This document shows, one piece after another, positions 24,898 to 36,200 of a stretch of DNA of 64,000 bases. Source of the stretch: Azolla caroliniana (taxonomy: Eukaryota > Plantae > Polypodiophyta); assembly GCA_043228905.1 (NCBI GenBank), contig JBHGNT010000017.1, positions 806,001-870,000 on the forward strand, given 5' to 3'. The notes beneath the pieces are model-generated. The model was given only the letters and a program-made list of their open reading frames with translations, was not told where the DNA came from and did no database searches. The translations under genes were made by a program, and so were the position numbers. Position 1 is the stretch's first letter; each line of letters opens with the position of its first letter.

Positions 24898-25864
24898 TGT
24901 CGTGAAGATTTTCGGCAATAGTGTGAAAATCCCATAAAACGTACAAAATCGAGTATGAATCACGTAGTACAATAATTGTGAAGATAACATTTTAAATAGA
25001 TTTAATATCTAAGTACAAAATGATGGAGGTTTCGAATGCACTTTATTACACGAGAAACGGACAACTAAATGTCAAGATATGAGGGTATAAAGTTTGTAAA
25101 AGGAAAATTGTGAGATATCCCACATAGGCACGACAAATGTCTATGTGTGGAGCATAGAGAGTTCAAGGTAACTTGAACTAAGAGTGGAGGTGGGCTAGCT
25201 ACTCGTAAAGCGTTTTGGCCAACCAAAACCAGACCGGCGATGGAGCCGGTGATCCGACGGCGGCACCGGTATCCGACACCGGTATCCGGCACCGGTATCC
25301 GACGGCATCCGGCGACTCACCGGTATCCAGCGAACCGGCGTCCGGGGACTAGATAAATAAATATATAAATATATATACATATTTACATATACAAGGAGGG
25401 CAAATAAGGATTCGAACCTTGCACCTCCAAGTTAGGAGTCAATTGGCTTACCATTAAGCCATGCTATTTAGTTGAAATTATATTTCTATCATTGTACTTT
25501 TACATGTAAATTCTCATACATGAGAACTAAAATGAGTGACATGGTTATCATGCACCACATGTAATACATAAGCGCCAAATGGCAAACATGCAATTTATGC
25601 ATGTCTTGTACCCTCACATGCATCATATGCATGAGAGCATCTATAAAAGAGGGAAGGGGGAGGAGAAAAAGGACGGTTTGTTTTGTATGAAAATTAAGAG
25701 GAAGAAATTCGTTATCAAATTGATCGTGTAATCTCAACTTCTCTCTTTCCCAATCTATCTTAAGTATTTTCTCGCCAAAGCTTATATCGACTCTAAATCC
25801 TTCTGGTCCAGAACCCCGGCGGTTCCGCCTCACGATCCGCACGTAGTGACGGATCTTCACGACA
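24898..25864 (+). mobile_element. solo LTR inserted in the PBS of Gypsy-H, TSD ACGT
   Basis: TGTCGTGAAGAT...ATCTTCACGACA (12-bp inverted termini) with ACGT on both sides. Homologous to 47409-48456. Confidence 0.92.
25400..25466 (-). other. tRNA-like segment with RNA polymerase III A-box and B-box inside an LTR
   Basis: Minus strand TGGCTTAATGG (25461-25451) and GGTTCGAATCC (25418-25408) at tRNA-like spacing. D-like and T-like stems form; no acceptor stem. Confidence 0.65.
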
Positions 25865-25892
25865 ACGTGAACAGGCGGTAGAGGAGTAGAAG

Positions 25893-28070
25893 ATGAGGGG
25901 GTCGGACCTTGCAGAAGCCATGGCTTCGGCTGTAGACCGTATAGTGAGTGCGCACAAAGGCATCGGCGCCCTTGATAGGGCTATCGAGGCGGTTGTCGGT
26001 ACGATCGGCCGGTTTAGTGGAAAGGATGCCATGAGCTACTTGGCGTCCTACCTGGCTGAGATGGTAATGAGGTACATCCCGGAAGAGAGGCGTCTAGCCG
26101 GATTCCCTCGAGTGGCGATGTCGGGTATCCATATGGAGGTGCTCGAGGTACGGGCCGAGAGCCGGACCTGGGAGGAGTTCGAAGGTCGGCTCCTCGAAAG
26201 ATACGGGCTTGAAGATGCGCTTCGACTTTCGAAGTGGGACTTCATGGAGTGGGTGGAGACCCCCGACAAAGGAAGGAACGCATCAGTGCTCCTTTGGGAG
26301 TTTGAGGAACGCTTCGCGCGCCTCTCGGTGCTTGACCGGACCGTTCTAGACACAAGCCGTGTCCTATTGTTTGTTAAGTCGGTTGACGAGCGGGATCGGG
26401 AGCAGGTAAGCCTCCTATTGGAGACTGATGATGGGCTGACGGCCGACTGGGCCGTGGTGAAAAGGGTCTGTGGCCGTTTCGACAAACGGCGGGAATGGGT
26501 TGACAAAGGGTCGACAGGGGCGGGCTCTGTCGCAGCAAAGAAGCTCGAGCGAAGGGAAGAGACCCGAGATTGGCTCGAGACCGGTTCGGCTTTAACCGGC
26601 GTGGTCAAGGACTCGTCCGGGGGAGCAGCTCTGGAGGAGCTGACGCGGATGGTAAGGGATCTTCAGATCGCCCAGGCACAGAGGGATGGTGGCGAACAGG
26701 CCCGTGATCGACGACCCCTGGCTGAAAACAGGTGCATGTGGTGTGACGCGGTTGGGCACATCCAAAAGGACTGTGAGGACTTTGCCGAGGCGATGAGAAG
26801 CAACGTGGTGTACCTGTGGAACGGTCGGGTGCACGCCAGCGAGACCCGGAGGGCCCTGGACCTAAACGTCGGGCGAGGGGGTATGAAAAGGCTGATGGAG
26901 GAGGCGGCGGCTCGTCACGCGGACACCGTCCACTACTCGGCGTCAGCTAGTATTCGGGTCGGAGGAGACGAGGCCCCGAAGATGAACAAAGCCGGGTTCT
27001 GGCCGACGATGCTGGAAGGCCTCGCCGGCGCACGGCTGAGGAAAGAAGAGGTGGACCGCGCGGAAAAACGGGTCCGGGAGGTAATCGGGTGGAGTGACCC
27101 GATGGAAGAAAAGACGGGCTTCGTCGAGGCCGCTTGTCAAAACTACGAGGCTCTGGTGGAGGACAAGCGGGTAGGGAAACCCGGAGGGGCCGGGCCCTCG
27201 CAGCGATATGAAACTCGATTTGGGCAAAGACGGAATGAGGCCGTTGTAACCGACGCCCAAGATAATCCCAAGAAGGGCGGGTACCGGCTGGGCACAGAAA
27301 TCGAAAGATCCACGGACCTGCGAAAGGTCCTGGAAGAACGAATCCTCGACAGCAAGGTGGAGCTATCGCTGAGGGAAGTGCTCGGGATCACCAAGAAGGA
27401 GTTCCACGACTCCATCGTAGACTTGGTGAAGAGGAAGAGGTTGTCGACGGAGACAGAACCGGAGAAGCCGGTAGAGGTGCGGACGACGCACATAGAGGAC
27501 ATGGCGCTGGAAGACGAGTTGGCGGAGAGCCACTATTCGAGGCCGCACTGGGCCAAAGCGACCACGGAGACCCCCGTAAAGATCGGAGATGTTCATGAAC
27601 CGGTGGTGGCGTTGGTGGACCACGGTTCAAAAATCAATTTGATGTCCATGGACTTTTATAAGAAGGGGAAATGGCCAATCAACACCAAGCACGGGTGGAA
27701 AATACGGGCGGCGACGCGTGCCACCGAGGAACTGCATGGAGCCTGCCCGAATGTACGAGTAAAGATCGGCGATGTCGAGATTGACCAGCACTTCTTCGTG
27801 CAGGAGACGTCCTCACATCCGGTTATACTCGAAGAACCATACATCACGGCAACACGGATGGAGACCAAAGTGCTGGACAACGGCTCGGCCTATGCGAGGG
27901 TCAAGAGCCAGGATGGGCGCCACTCGGTCCAGGTCCTGACGGTGAGACCGAACCATGAGAGGAACCGCGAGACCCTCGGGGGCGAAAGCCGGGAGGATTT
28001 TTTAAGAGGGCTATCAAGGCGTGGGGCCACGATAAGCCGGACACTCCGGGAGAACCCCACAAGTGTATGA
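25893..28070 (+). CDS. Gypsy-H Gag-protease ORF (725 aa)
   Basis: Gag core RFSGKDAMSYL, knuckle CMWCDAVGHIQKDC, aspartic protease-like ALVDHGSKINLM. Confidence 0.85.
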   Translation: MRGSDLAEAMASAVDRIVSAHKGIGALDRAIEAVVGTIGRFSGKDAMSYLASYLAEMVMRYIPEERRLAGFPRVAMSGIHMEVLEVRAESRTWEEFEGRLLERYGLEDALRLSKWDFMEWVETPDKGRNASVLLWEFEERFARLSVLDRTVLDTSRVLLFVKSVDERDREQVSLLLETDDGLTADWAVVKRVCGRFDKRREWVDKGSTGAGSVAAKKLERREETRDWLETGSALTGVVKDSSGGAALEELTRMVRDLQIAQAQRDGGEQARDRRPLAENRCMWCDAVGHIQKDCEDFAEAMRSNVVYLWNGRVHASETRRALDLNVGRGGMKRLMEEAAARHADTVHYSASASIRVGGDEAPKMNKAGFWPTMLEGLAGARLRKEEVDRAEKRVREVIGWSDPMEEKTGFVEAACQNYEALVEDKRVGKPGGAGPSQRYETRFGQRRNEAVVTDAQDNPKKGGYRLGTEIERSTDLRKVLEERILDSKVELSLREVLGITKKEFHDSIVDLVKRKRLSTETEPEKPVEVRTTHIEDMALEDELAESHYSRPHWAKATTETPVKIGDVHEPVVALVDHGSKINLMSMDFYKKGKWPINTKHGWKIRAATRATEELHGACPNVRVKIGDVEIDQHFFVQETSSHPVILEEPYITATRMETKVLDNGSAYARVKSQDGRHSVQVLTVRPNHERNRETLGGESREDFLRGLSRRGATISRTLRENPTSV

Positions 28071-31000
28071 TAGCGAAGAAACCGTGTACTATAAGTAGGA
28101 AATTTTGGTTCTCCGACAACGGAGGGTGTACGATAGTTGACGTTGTTGGACGGAAGAAGAAAAGGGCGGAGGAGCGACTTCGGGCATGTGGCGTCCTCGG
28201 CCTTGGAGAGGAAATCAACGGAGCCGTGGAGGCGGTCTCTTTCGACGATACCTTGGGGGAGCTGCGAGAGGTAGTCGGAGGAGTCCTTAGAGAGGACCGG
28301 ACGATTCCGGTGTGTTCGGAAAGGATGTACGAAGTCATCGCGGACTTCAGTAGAGGGCTCGTCGGGTCAGACGGCCCGGGTGGACACGAGGAACAAGACT
28401 GTGGACCGGAAGATGAGGCCAGTCGCGGCTCCCTTGCCGGAGGGCAACGAGTTGCGAATAAAGGGGGTTGCGTCGGACCCGAGTTTACGAAATCCGGCCC
28501 GCATAGGACACACGTTCACCGACATAACGTTGCGCAAGCTCAAAATCAGTGGGGGCGGCTTCCTACTGCTGGCAGAAGAGGACCGTTTTCGGGAAATGCT
28601 CGGAAGGCACGGGAAGGCTTTCGCATTCTCACCGGAGGAGATCGGGTGCATAGACCCGACAGTCGTGGAACCGATGGTGATATTCATGGTACCGCATGTG
28701 CCGTGGAGTCTCAAACCGATTCCTGTACCCAGAGCTCACATCCCGAAGCTGATGGAGCTGTTAAAGCAGAAGGTCGAGATGGGAATCCTCGAATCGTCGA
28801 GTGCCCCATACTCGAATCGGTGGTTTACCGTGCCGAAGAAGGATGGCACGCTGCGCTTTATTCAAGACCTGCAGCCGGTCAACAAGGTGACCATTCGAAA
28901 CGCAGGAATCGGACCAACAATAGACGAGTTCGCAAAGGCCTTCACCAGAAGGTCGATTTACTCGGTCGGTGATCTCTACTCGGAGTACGATCAGTTCCAG
29001 CTAGCCATAGAGAGCAGAGACATCACGACAATGCGAACTCCTCTCGGCCTAGTACGGATGTGTACCCTACCGCAAGGAGGGACGAACTCGGTGGCTCACA
29101 TGGCGAACGCAATGAACAAGGTGCTGAAGGATTGTATCCCGGACATCACCATGCCATTTCTGGACGACGTCCCGATCAAGGGATGCCCGGTGGAGGAAAG
29201 GGACGAGACGATCGGACCAGACGGGTGCCGGAAATTTGTGGCGATATACATCGATGACTGCGAGAAGGTGCTACGGAGGTTGGAGGGCGCGAAGCTCACC
29301 TTCTCCGGGGGAAAATCGGCCTTCGGGCAAGCAGAGATCATGGTCGTCGGACACCTATGCGGGTCGTACGGCCGGAAACCGTCTCCGGCTAAGGTAGAAG
29401 CCATCTCCGCGATGAAGGACGATTGCATCTCGGTCACGGAGGTTCGGAGGTTCTTGGGAGCATGCGCGTTCTACCACATATGGATCCCGCATTACGCTCA
29501 TGTCGCGGAGCCGTTATACAAGTTGCTGAAAAAGGGGCGAAGATTCGAGTGGAGAGACGAGCATACGGAGTCTGTTCGGAAGATGAAGGAAGCACTTGCC
29601 GCGGCTCCGGCGCTCCGAAAGGCTATCTATGGAAAGAGCACTCCAATTTACATAACGGTAGACACGAGTCCGACCGGGATCGGATGGGTCGTCAACCAGG
29701 AGGACGAGGACAGCATGCGTTTCCCGATCCGGTTCGGCGCGAAGGTCCTCAGCGAACGACAGTGAGGATACGCCCAGGTTAAACGTGAGCTCTGGGGTAT
29801 CGTTTCGGCGGTAAAGGCCGATAAAGACTACCTAATCGGGGCAGAGGTAATTATCGAGACGGACTGCCTGTCAATTCTTGGCATGGTTTCCGGATGCGCG
29901 ACGCCGGACCTGGCAATGCTCAGGTGGATAGCATACATCAAGTCCCTGAATCCGGAAATACGACACATTTCCGGGAAAGACAACGCCATGGCCGACATGC
30001 TTTCAAGGGCAAGGTTCGAAAACGACGGCGGCATGGTTTCAGAGGACGAGGAAGTCGGCGTGGACTTCTTCGAGGCGGCTTACGTGACAGCCAATGGGGA
30101 ATGCTCTCCAACGCTTAACGACTTCGACGAGAGCAAGTACGACGGGGAGTGGCTGCAGATCGGCGGGTTCCTGAAAACAATGACACCGGACGCGGCATGG
30201 ACAACGGACGAGGCCAACCGGATTCGGAAGAAAGCCTACCGATTCTTTCTCCGGGACGGATACATCTGGAAGCACCCGAAGAAGAGGAACGACATCCTGC
30301 TCCGAGTGGTGGCGAAGGAGGAACAGGAGGATTTGCTGGCGGCGTACCATGATAGCCCGTGGGCTGGATACCGTGGAACGTGGGCCACGTTCGAAAAGCT
30401 AAAGGGGAAGTACTGGTGGCCGGGACTATACCGGGACGTGCATCGGTTCGTGACGACTTGCGAAAGCTGCCAAGTGCACTCCATGATCCGACACCGGGAC
30501 GAGCTTCACCCAACCTACCCTCCGACCGTCCACTTCAAATGGATGGTGGATTTGGTGACAATGCCAATGGGGGTAGGATAGATGTGGTATCTGGTGCTAG
30601 CTCGGGAGGATCTAATAAACCAGGTTGAAGGCCGAGCCCTGCAGAACAAGACGACTGCAGCCGTATGCCGGTTTTTGATTGAGGACGTGGTATGCCGATA
30701 CAGCTGCGTAGGGAAGATCGTGGCTGACCGTGGTGAGTTGGACGCAGAAGAGGCCGAAGAGCTGTTCGACCGGCTAGGAGTCAAACTTTCGCTCACCACA
30801 GCGTACAATCTGGAGACGAACAGGAAGGTAGAGCGCGGACACGGGCCGATTGTCAAAGCGCTAGTCCGGGCGTGCGGAGGCCAGGTCGGGAACTGGCCAC
30901 GGCTGCTACCTTATGCCTTGTGGGCGGACCGGACTACGCATAGTTCAGTGACCGAGTTCATGCCGGCCGAGCTTATGTTCGGACAGAAACCGATCATGCC

Positions 31001-31484
31001 AACGGAACGGACAATCTCCTCGTGGGCCACGGTGGACTGGAGGGATGAGATGAGCTGGGAGGAACTGTTGGCGGCGCGGATTCGACAGCTCGAGCAGAGG
31101 CTGGAGGACGTAGAGCGAGCCGCGGAGAAACTTCGGGTAGTGAGGATAAGGAACAAAGCCCGGTTCGACCGAACACACCGGCTCAGGCCAAGGAAGATCG
31201 AGGAAGGCGAATGGGTGCTAGTCTACGACAGCAGCCTCGACAATCAGCACAAGGCCACGCGGAAGTTCGCAAGGAGGTGGTTCGGGCCTTACGTAGTAAC
31301 AGGTGCCAACGGCAATGGGACGTACCATCTCGCGGAGCTCGACGGTACGAGAATGGCGATACCGGTAGCGGGGAAGAGGATCAAAGCGTTCAAGAAACGA
31401 CACGACGGTGAGCCGGAGCTAGGGAGCACGGACAGCAACGACGAGCAGCCCGAGGCGGAGGACGAACCGGTAAACGAGGAATAA
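28067..31484 (+). pseudogene. Gypsy-H pol (RT-RNase H-integrase), disrupted
   Basis: RT GTLRFIQDLQPVN, LPQGGTNS, FLDD; RH TVDTSPTGIG; IN H...H...CESC, MVDLV, ADRGE, VERGH, GPY. Stops at 29763 and 30579, frame change near 28380. No chromodomain. Confidence 0.92.
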
Positions 31485-32153
31485 AAGCAAGGACCGATTT
31501 TCTCCAAGTAGGAACCCAATTTTGGCGCATACCGGTGGATGCGCGGTTAGGTGGGGGTGGATGTCGTGAAGAAAACCGTCCCCAGGCGCAAACCGTGTAT
31601 AGCGTGTGTAAACCGGCCCTTACACGTGGGCACGCCCCTTGTGGTATAGTAGATAGGTAGGCACAAAGGTCAGATCCTAGGTAGCAATATTCTATAGGGA
31701 GAATCGAGGAGTATCTCTGTTCGAAAGGACAGAGAATTAATGTGATGTAAACGGGCAAGGCGGCCTCCCTCCTTGAGCTATAAAAGAGAGGGAGACGGGG
31801 GAGAGAGGGGTATCACGCGCTAGAAGTAACGAAGTGTTGTCGAACTGGGACCGAGGTCTTCTTTTCTGTCGTTCTCCATAGCTTTCTTTTGCGCAACTTC
31901 TCAGGAGGCTGATTCTGCTCCGTGGAACGCCCGTGTGCTTCCGGCAGAATCTCCATCTTGCTCTCCTGTGTGCGTGGGGTGATCAGGTGTCGGCATCCAC
32001 CTCGCCGACCTTATCGGCTGTAACCGTTCGAGTCATCTCCATACTTACAAATACATGCCTATATTTACATACATACTCTAGTGTTCTCAACTCGTGTCTC
32101 CTGTGTTGTTGTGTCGCGTCCCCGTGCGCTTCTTTGTCTATACGTGAGTGAGC

Positions 32154-32194
<41 letters not shown>

Positions 32195-32270
32195 TTTCCT
32201 CACCTATTCCTCGGTCCAAGACCCCAGTGGTCCCGCCTTGTTCTCCACGCACGCATGTAACAACGCGACA

Positions 32271-32721
32271 ACGTCAAGCTCTTTTCCGGCGGTGGTTTGT
32301 AGCCGCCCACCGCCCTCTCCTTTCCGTCACTCGCGGGCCAAGTCGTTGCCGACCGCTCCCCATCATATTGCCGGCGTACCCACTTTGGTTTCGCGTATCC
32401 GTATGCCTCCATTAGAGCTCCCTCGAAGGAATCCCACGACTCGTGAGCTTCTTGAAGCTCCTTGACCTCTTTATGCATCGATACAGCCGCCACTCGACGA
32501 AAATACTCTAGCCGCATCGCTTCGTCCACGCCCCACTCCGTCATCTCGGCATCGTACGCTTCCAAGAACCTCGGGACATCGTCCCCATTGAATCGGTCGG
32601 CTCGATCGACCACCCTCACGACGTCTGGTTGAGCCGCATCTCGCCTCGCCTTTTTCCATCGCGCATCCATTACGATCTTTGCCATCATCTCCTCGAAGTC
32701 GAAATCTTCTTCCATCTCCAT
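32271..32721 (-). pseudogene. N-terminal Gag domain of Gypsy-B
   Basis: DRFNGDDVPRFLEAYDAEM...SWDSFEGALMEAYG aligns by eye with the Gypsy-H Gag (RFSGKDAMSYLASYLAEM...TWEEFEGRLLERYG). Confidence 0.8.
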
Positions 32722-33282
32722 GCTCCCTTGTCGCTCTTCACATCGGGTTCACCAAAGATGTCGCGTCATTACGCGCGTGCGTGTAGAAGGGGCGGGACCA
32801 CGGGGGTCTTGGACTAGGGAATGGAGGAGAAAGAATGAGACACAAAATGGAAGCTTAGCTCAAGAGGAGGTGAGAAAGAATAAGGCAATAACATAGAATA
32901 GACGGGGCAAGATGCTCAACAAGTTAGCTTAAGGAAACATAAACGCTTTACAATAGTGGCCGCCATGGCCGCACCAAACGACTATGAGAAAAACCCTAAA
33001 GGAAAACCCAAGAAGAAAACCCTAACCGAAACCCTAAAACCGAATAGGAAACCCTCGACCTAAGTAGTATGCCTCTCTCCCTCAAAATAGGCAACCCTTT
33101 CATAAGTGACCCCTCCCTTCCTTTTATAGCCCAAGGAGGGAGGGACCTTACAATGTGGGATAAAATTTCCCCTCTTATTTCTATACACCATTTCCTAGTA
33201 TACATGTGCACATGGTGCACACCACCGATTTGCCCATTCCACCCCGGTTTCCGCCTATGGACGAAAATCTTCACGACAACGG

Positions 33283-36200
33283 GGCAACCCGAAAACCCAA
33301 CATGGCAGGCGTTACAAGAATGCCAAATCACGCTGCCGTTAGGACGGCTATTGCAACTGGTACCACGGTTCACGAAAGGACTGAAGACCGGAAGGACGGC
33401 AGCTAACACACCACCGGCTCCGGCATTCTTTTCAAATCCGGAGGAAGGACCGGCAGTGGTGGACACATGCAGTCCAGCAATCACAGCCATCATGAAGGGA
33501 AAAGAGCTACCTGACACGATTATCGATGGAGGATCCGGCGTGAACGTGATCAGCCTCCGAACGTGTAACATGCTAGGAATCCAAGACTGGGAGCCGTGTC
33601 CGTTTTGGCTTCGGATGGCAGACACTAGCTCAGTACGGCCGACCGGATTAATACGCGATCTGGAAGTGACCATCGGGGGTCACACATTTCGCATTTCCGT
33701 AGTAGTTCTCCAGCTACAAGCTCAAGGAGCTTACCCACTATTGTTGGGACGACCCTAGTTTAAAACGGCACACATAAAGCAAAACTAGAGGAAGAACATA
33801 ATTACGTTCCGGCGAGGAAAAGCAAAAGTACGAGTACCGACTCAACCATGATCCGGTACCGGCAAGGAATCAATGCCGCTATATGCAGAATGTGTTAACA
33901 TGCTGGAAGGATTGGCGGACGAAGAGTTCAATCAATACTTACAGGAAAATCCGAAGATCGTACCTCTATTCGAGATTGATGTAGCCGAAGCAGTATCACC
34001 GTACATATTGCAACCGGATGGAACCGACGAGGAGCCGGATAAAGAGGCAATCCGGGAATTACGGCAAGCATAGGAGGCACTGGAAAAAGAAATGGCAGTA
34101 TCACAGTGCATGAAAGCTTCCCAACTAGAAGAGGTAAACCTAGGTACCACAGAGGACACAAGACTGGTGCACATCGCCAAGGAAATGACTTCGGAGAATG
34201 AAACGGCAATGATCACACTCCTAAAAGAATTTCGCGATGTGTTTGCCTGGTCCTACGAAGACATGCCGGGACTCGATCCTCAGTTATATCAACACCAAAT
34301 ACATCTGAGCAAAGACGCCAAACCGGTAGCGCAACGGCGTTACCAGATGAACCCGAATTACGCAGCAAAGGTCAGAGAAGAAATCGACAAGTTGTTGAGA
34401 GTGGGCTTCATCCGACCAGTAAAGAAAGCCACATGGTTCAGCCCGATAGTGGTAGTACCCAAAAAGAAGGGTAAGATCAGAGTGTGCGTCGACTACTAGA
34501 AATTGAATGCGGCTACGATAACAGACGCCTTCCCATTTCCATTCACGGATGGAGTCCTGGATGTGGTCGCCGGTCATAAGGTGTACAGTTTTCTGGATGG
34601 TTTCAGCGGCTATAATCAGATCCGGATGCACCCCGCCGACCAGGAGAAAACCGCTTTTGTCACCGAATGGGGAGTCTTTGTTGCCATAGTGATGATGTTT
34701 GGACTAAAAACGGCACCGGCAACCTTCCAACGAATCATCATGGAAATTTTCGGGGAATTCATTCCGGCATTCATGCAGGTGTTTTTAGATGACTTCGTTG
34801 TTTATAGCCAGGAAGGGGATCACCTTTAGCACCTCCGACTATATCTAGAAAAATGTAGGGTTTACCGACTAAGCCTGAACCCGGCAAAATGCATGTTCGG
34901 AGTAACCAGCGGAGCGTTACTGGGTCACATAGTCAGCAAGGATGGTATCGCAGTGGATCCGGACAAAGTAAAAGCAATCCTGGAGGCACCGGCACCAGCC
35001 ACGGCAAAGGCACTAAGCTGGTTCTTAGGACAAATTCAATGGCATAGCCGAATGCTCCGGTATCTGGCAGACTTGGCTACACCACTGCATGCCGCAGTAC
35101 ATCGGACACAGTTCCGATGGACGGACACAGAAGACCAAGCTTACCGGGCACTAAAAGTACTGTTGTCACAAGCACCGGTGGTGCAACCTCCGGATTGGTC
35201 CAAAGAGTTCCATGTGTTCGTTGACGCGTCCGACATTGCAATCGGGAGCGCACTGATGCAACTGACAGAACCAAAATGGTACCGGCCAGTCTATTATGCC
35301 AGCCGGAAGTTGTCCCAAGCAGAACGTAATTATTCCACGACGGAAAGGGAGGCTTTGGGAATGATCTACAGTGTCACCAAGTTTAGACACTATCTGTTGG
35401 GAAGGAAATTTTCCTTTCACGTAGATCATTCGGCGCTCCTCTATTTGGTGTCCAAAGCATCACTCACCGGTAAGCTGGCCTGGTGGCCCGGTGAACGTTA
35501 CTACTGCAAGAATTCAAGTTCGAGATATTCCACCGACCCGGCATACACCATGCGGTAGTGGATTATTTAAGCTAGCTAAATTCCGGCGAAACCGGTGACG
35601 GAGTCCCAAACGACTTTCCGGATGTAGAGTTGTTTAGAGTCACAGCAGAAATGGCTCACCAATAGTTCGGTCGCAGAGGAAGACAAGTGGCTCACCAATA
35701 TGCACCAATTTTTTAGCACCGGTTTACCTCCGGAGGAGATGAACAGAGACGAAAGGAAACGCTTAGCGGTTCAAAGCCGGCACTTCTATCTATTGCAGGA
35801 CACACTGTACCACAAAGGCGCAGATGGCATACGGCGGCGTGCAATGCGCAGTGACGAAAAGGAAGTAATATTGCGTGAGGCACACTGCGGCGTGCACGGA
35901 GAACATTATGCCGGAGACGCTACGGCAAGGAAAATATGGCAAAGTGGACTATGGTGGCCAACAACATTGAAAGATGCAGTCTGGTACGCTAAAGAATGCG
36001 ACCTATGTCAACGAATGGGGCAACCAATCGAACAAGCCAGAATGCCTCACCAGCCCGTGCTACCGTTAGAACCATTTCAGAAATGGGGGCTAGATTTTGT
36101 CGGTCCATTCAAACCACCGGCAATGAGAACCGGCAACCAGTACGTGATCGTCGCTAAGGATTACTGCACGAAATGGGTGGAAGCAAAAGCACTATGCGAC

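Larger units (their letters stand above)
24186..32270 (+). mobile_element. Gypsy-H: structurally complete Ty3/gypsy of the TGTCG/Trp-PBS lineage
   Basis: LTRs 24186-24878 and 31562-32270 differ by about 19 substitutions by eye plus CT-tract length. Split PBS from 24883, PPT 31541-31561, flanks GCGT/ACGT. Confidence 0.95.
21129..33278 (-). mobile_element. Gypsy-B: non-autonomous Gag-only element (about 4.1 kb net), TSD ACGG
   Basis: LTRs 32759-33278 and 21129-21383 are near-identical over the shared part. Trp PBS at 32737-32754 (1 mismatch), PPT at 21384-21419, ACGG on both flanks. No PR, RT, RH or IN motif. Confidence 0.88.

Noticed and set aside
25400-25466. Functional tRNA gene
   Set aside because: No acceptor stem or properly paired anticodon stem; kept only as a tRNA-like segment.
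35500-35720. Additional (archaeal-type) RNase H of Tat elements in Gypsy-C
   Set aside because: The RH-IN interval is too short and lacks the motif, so a strict Tat call is not made.
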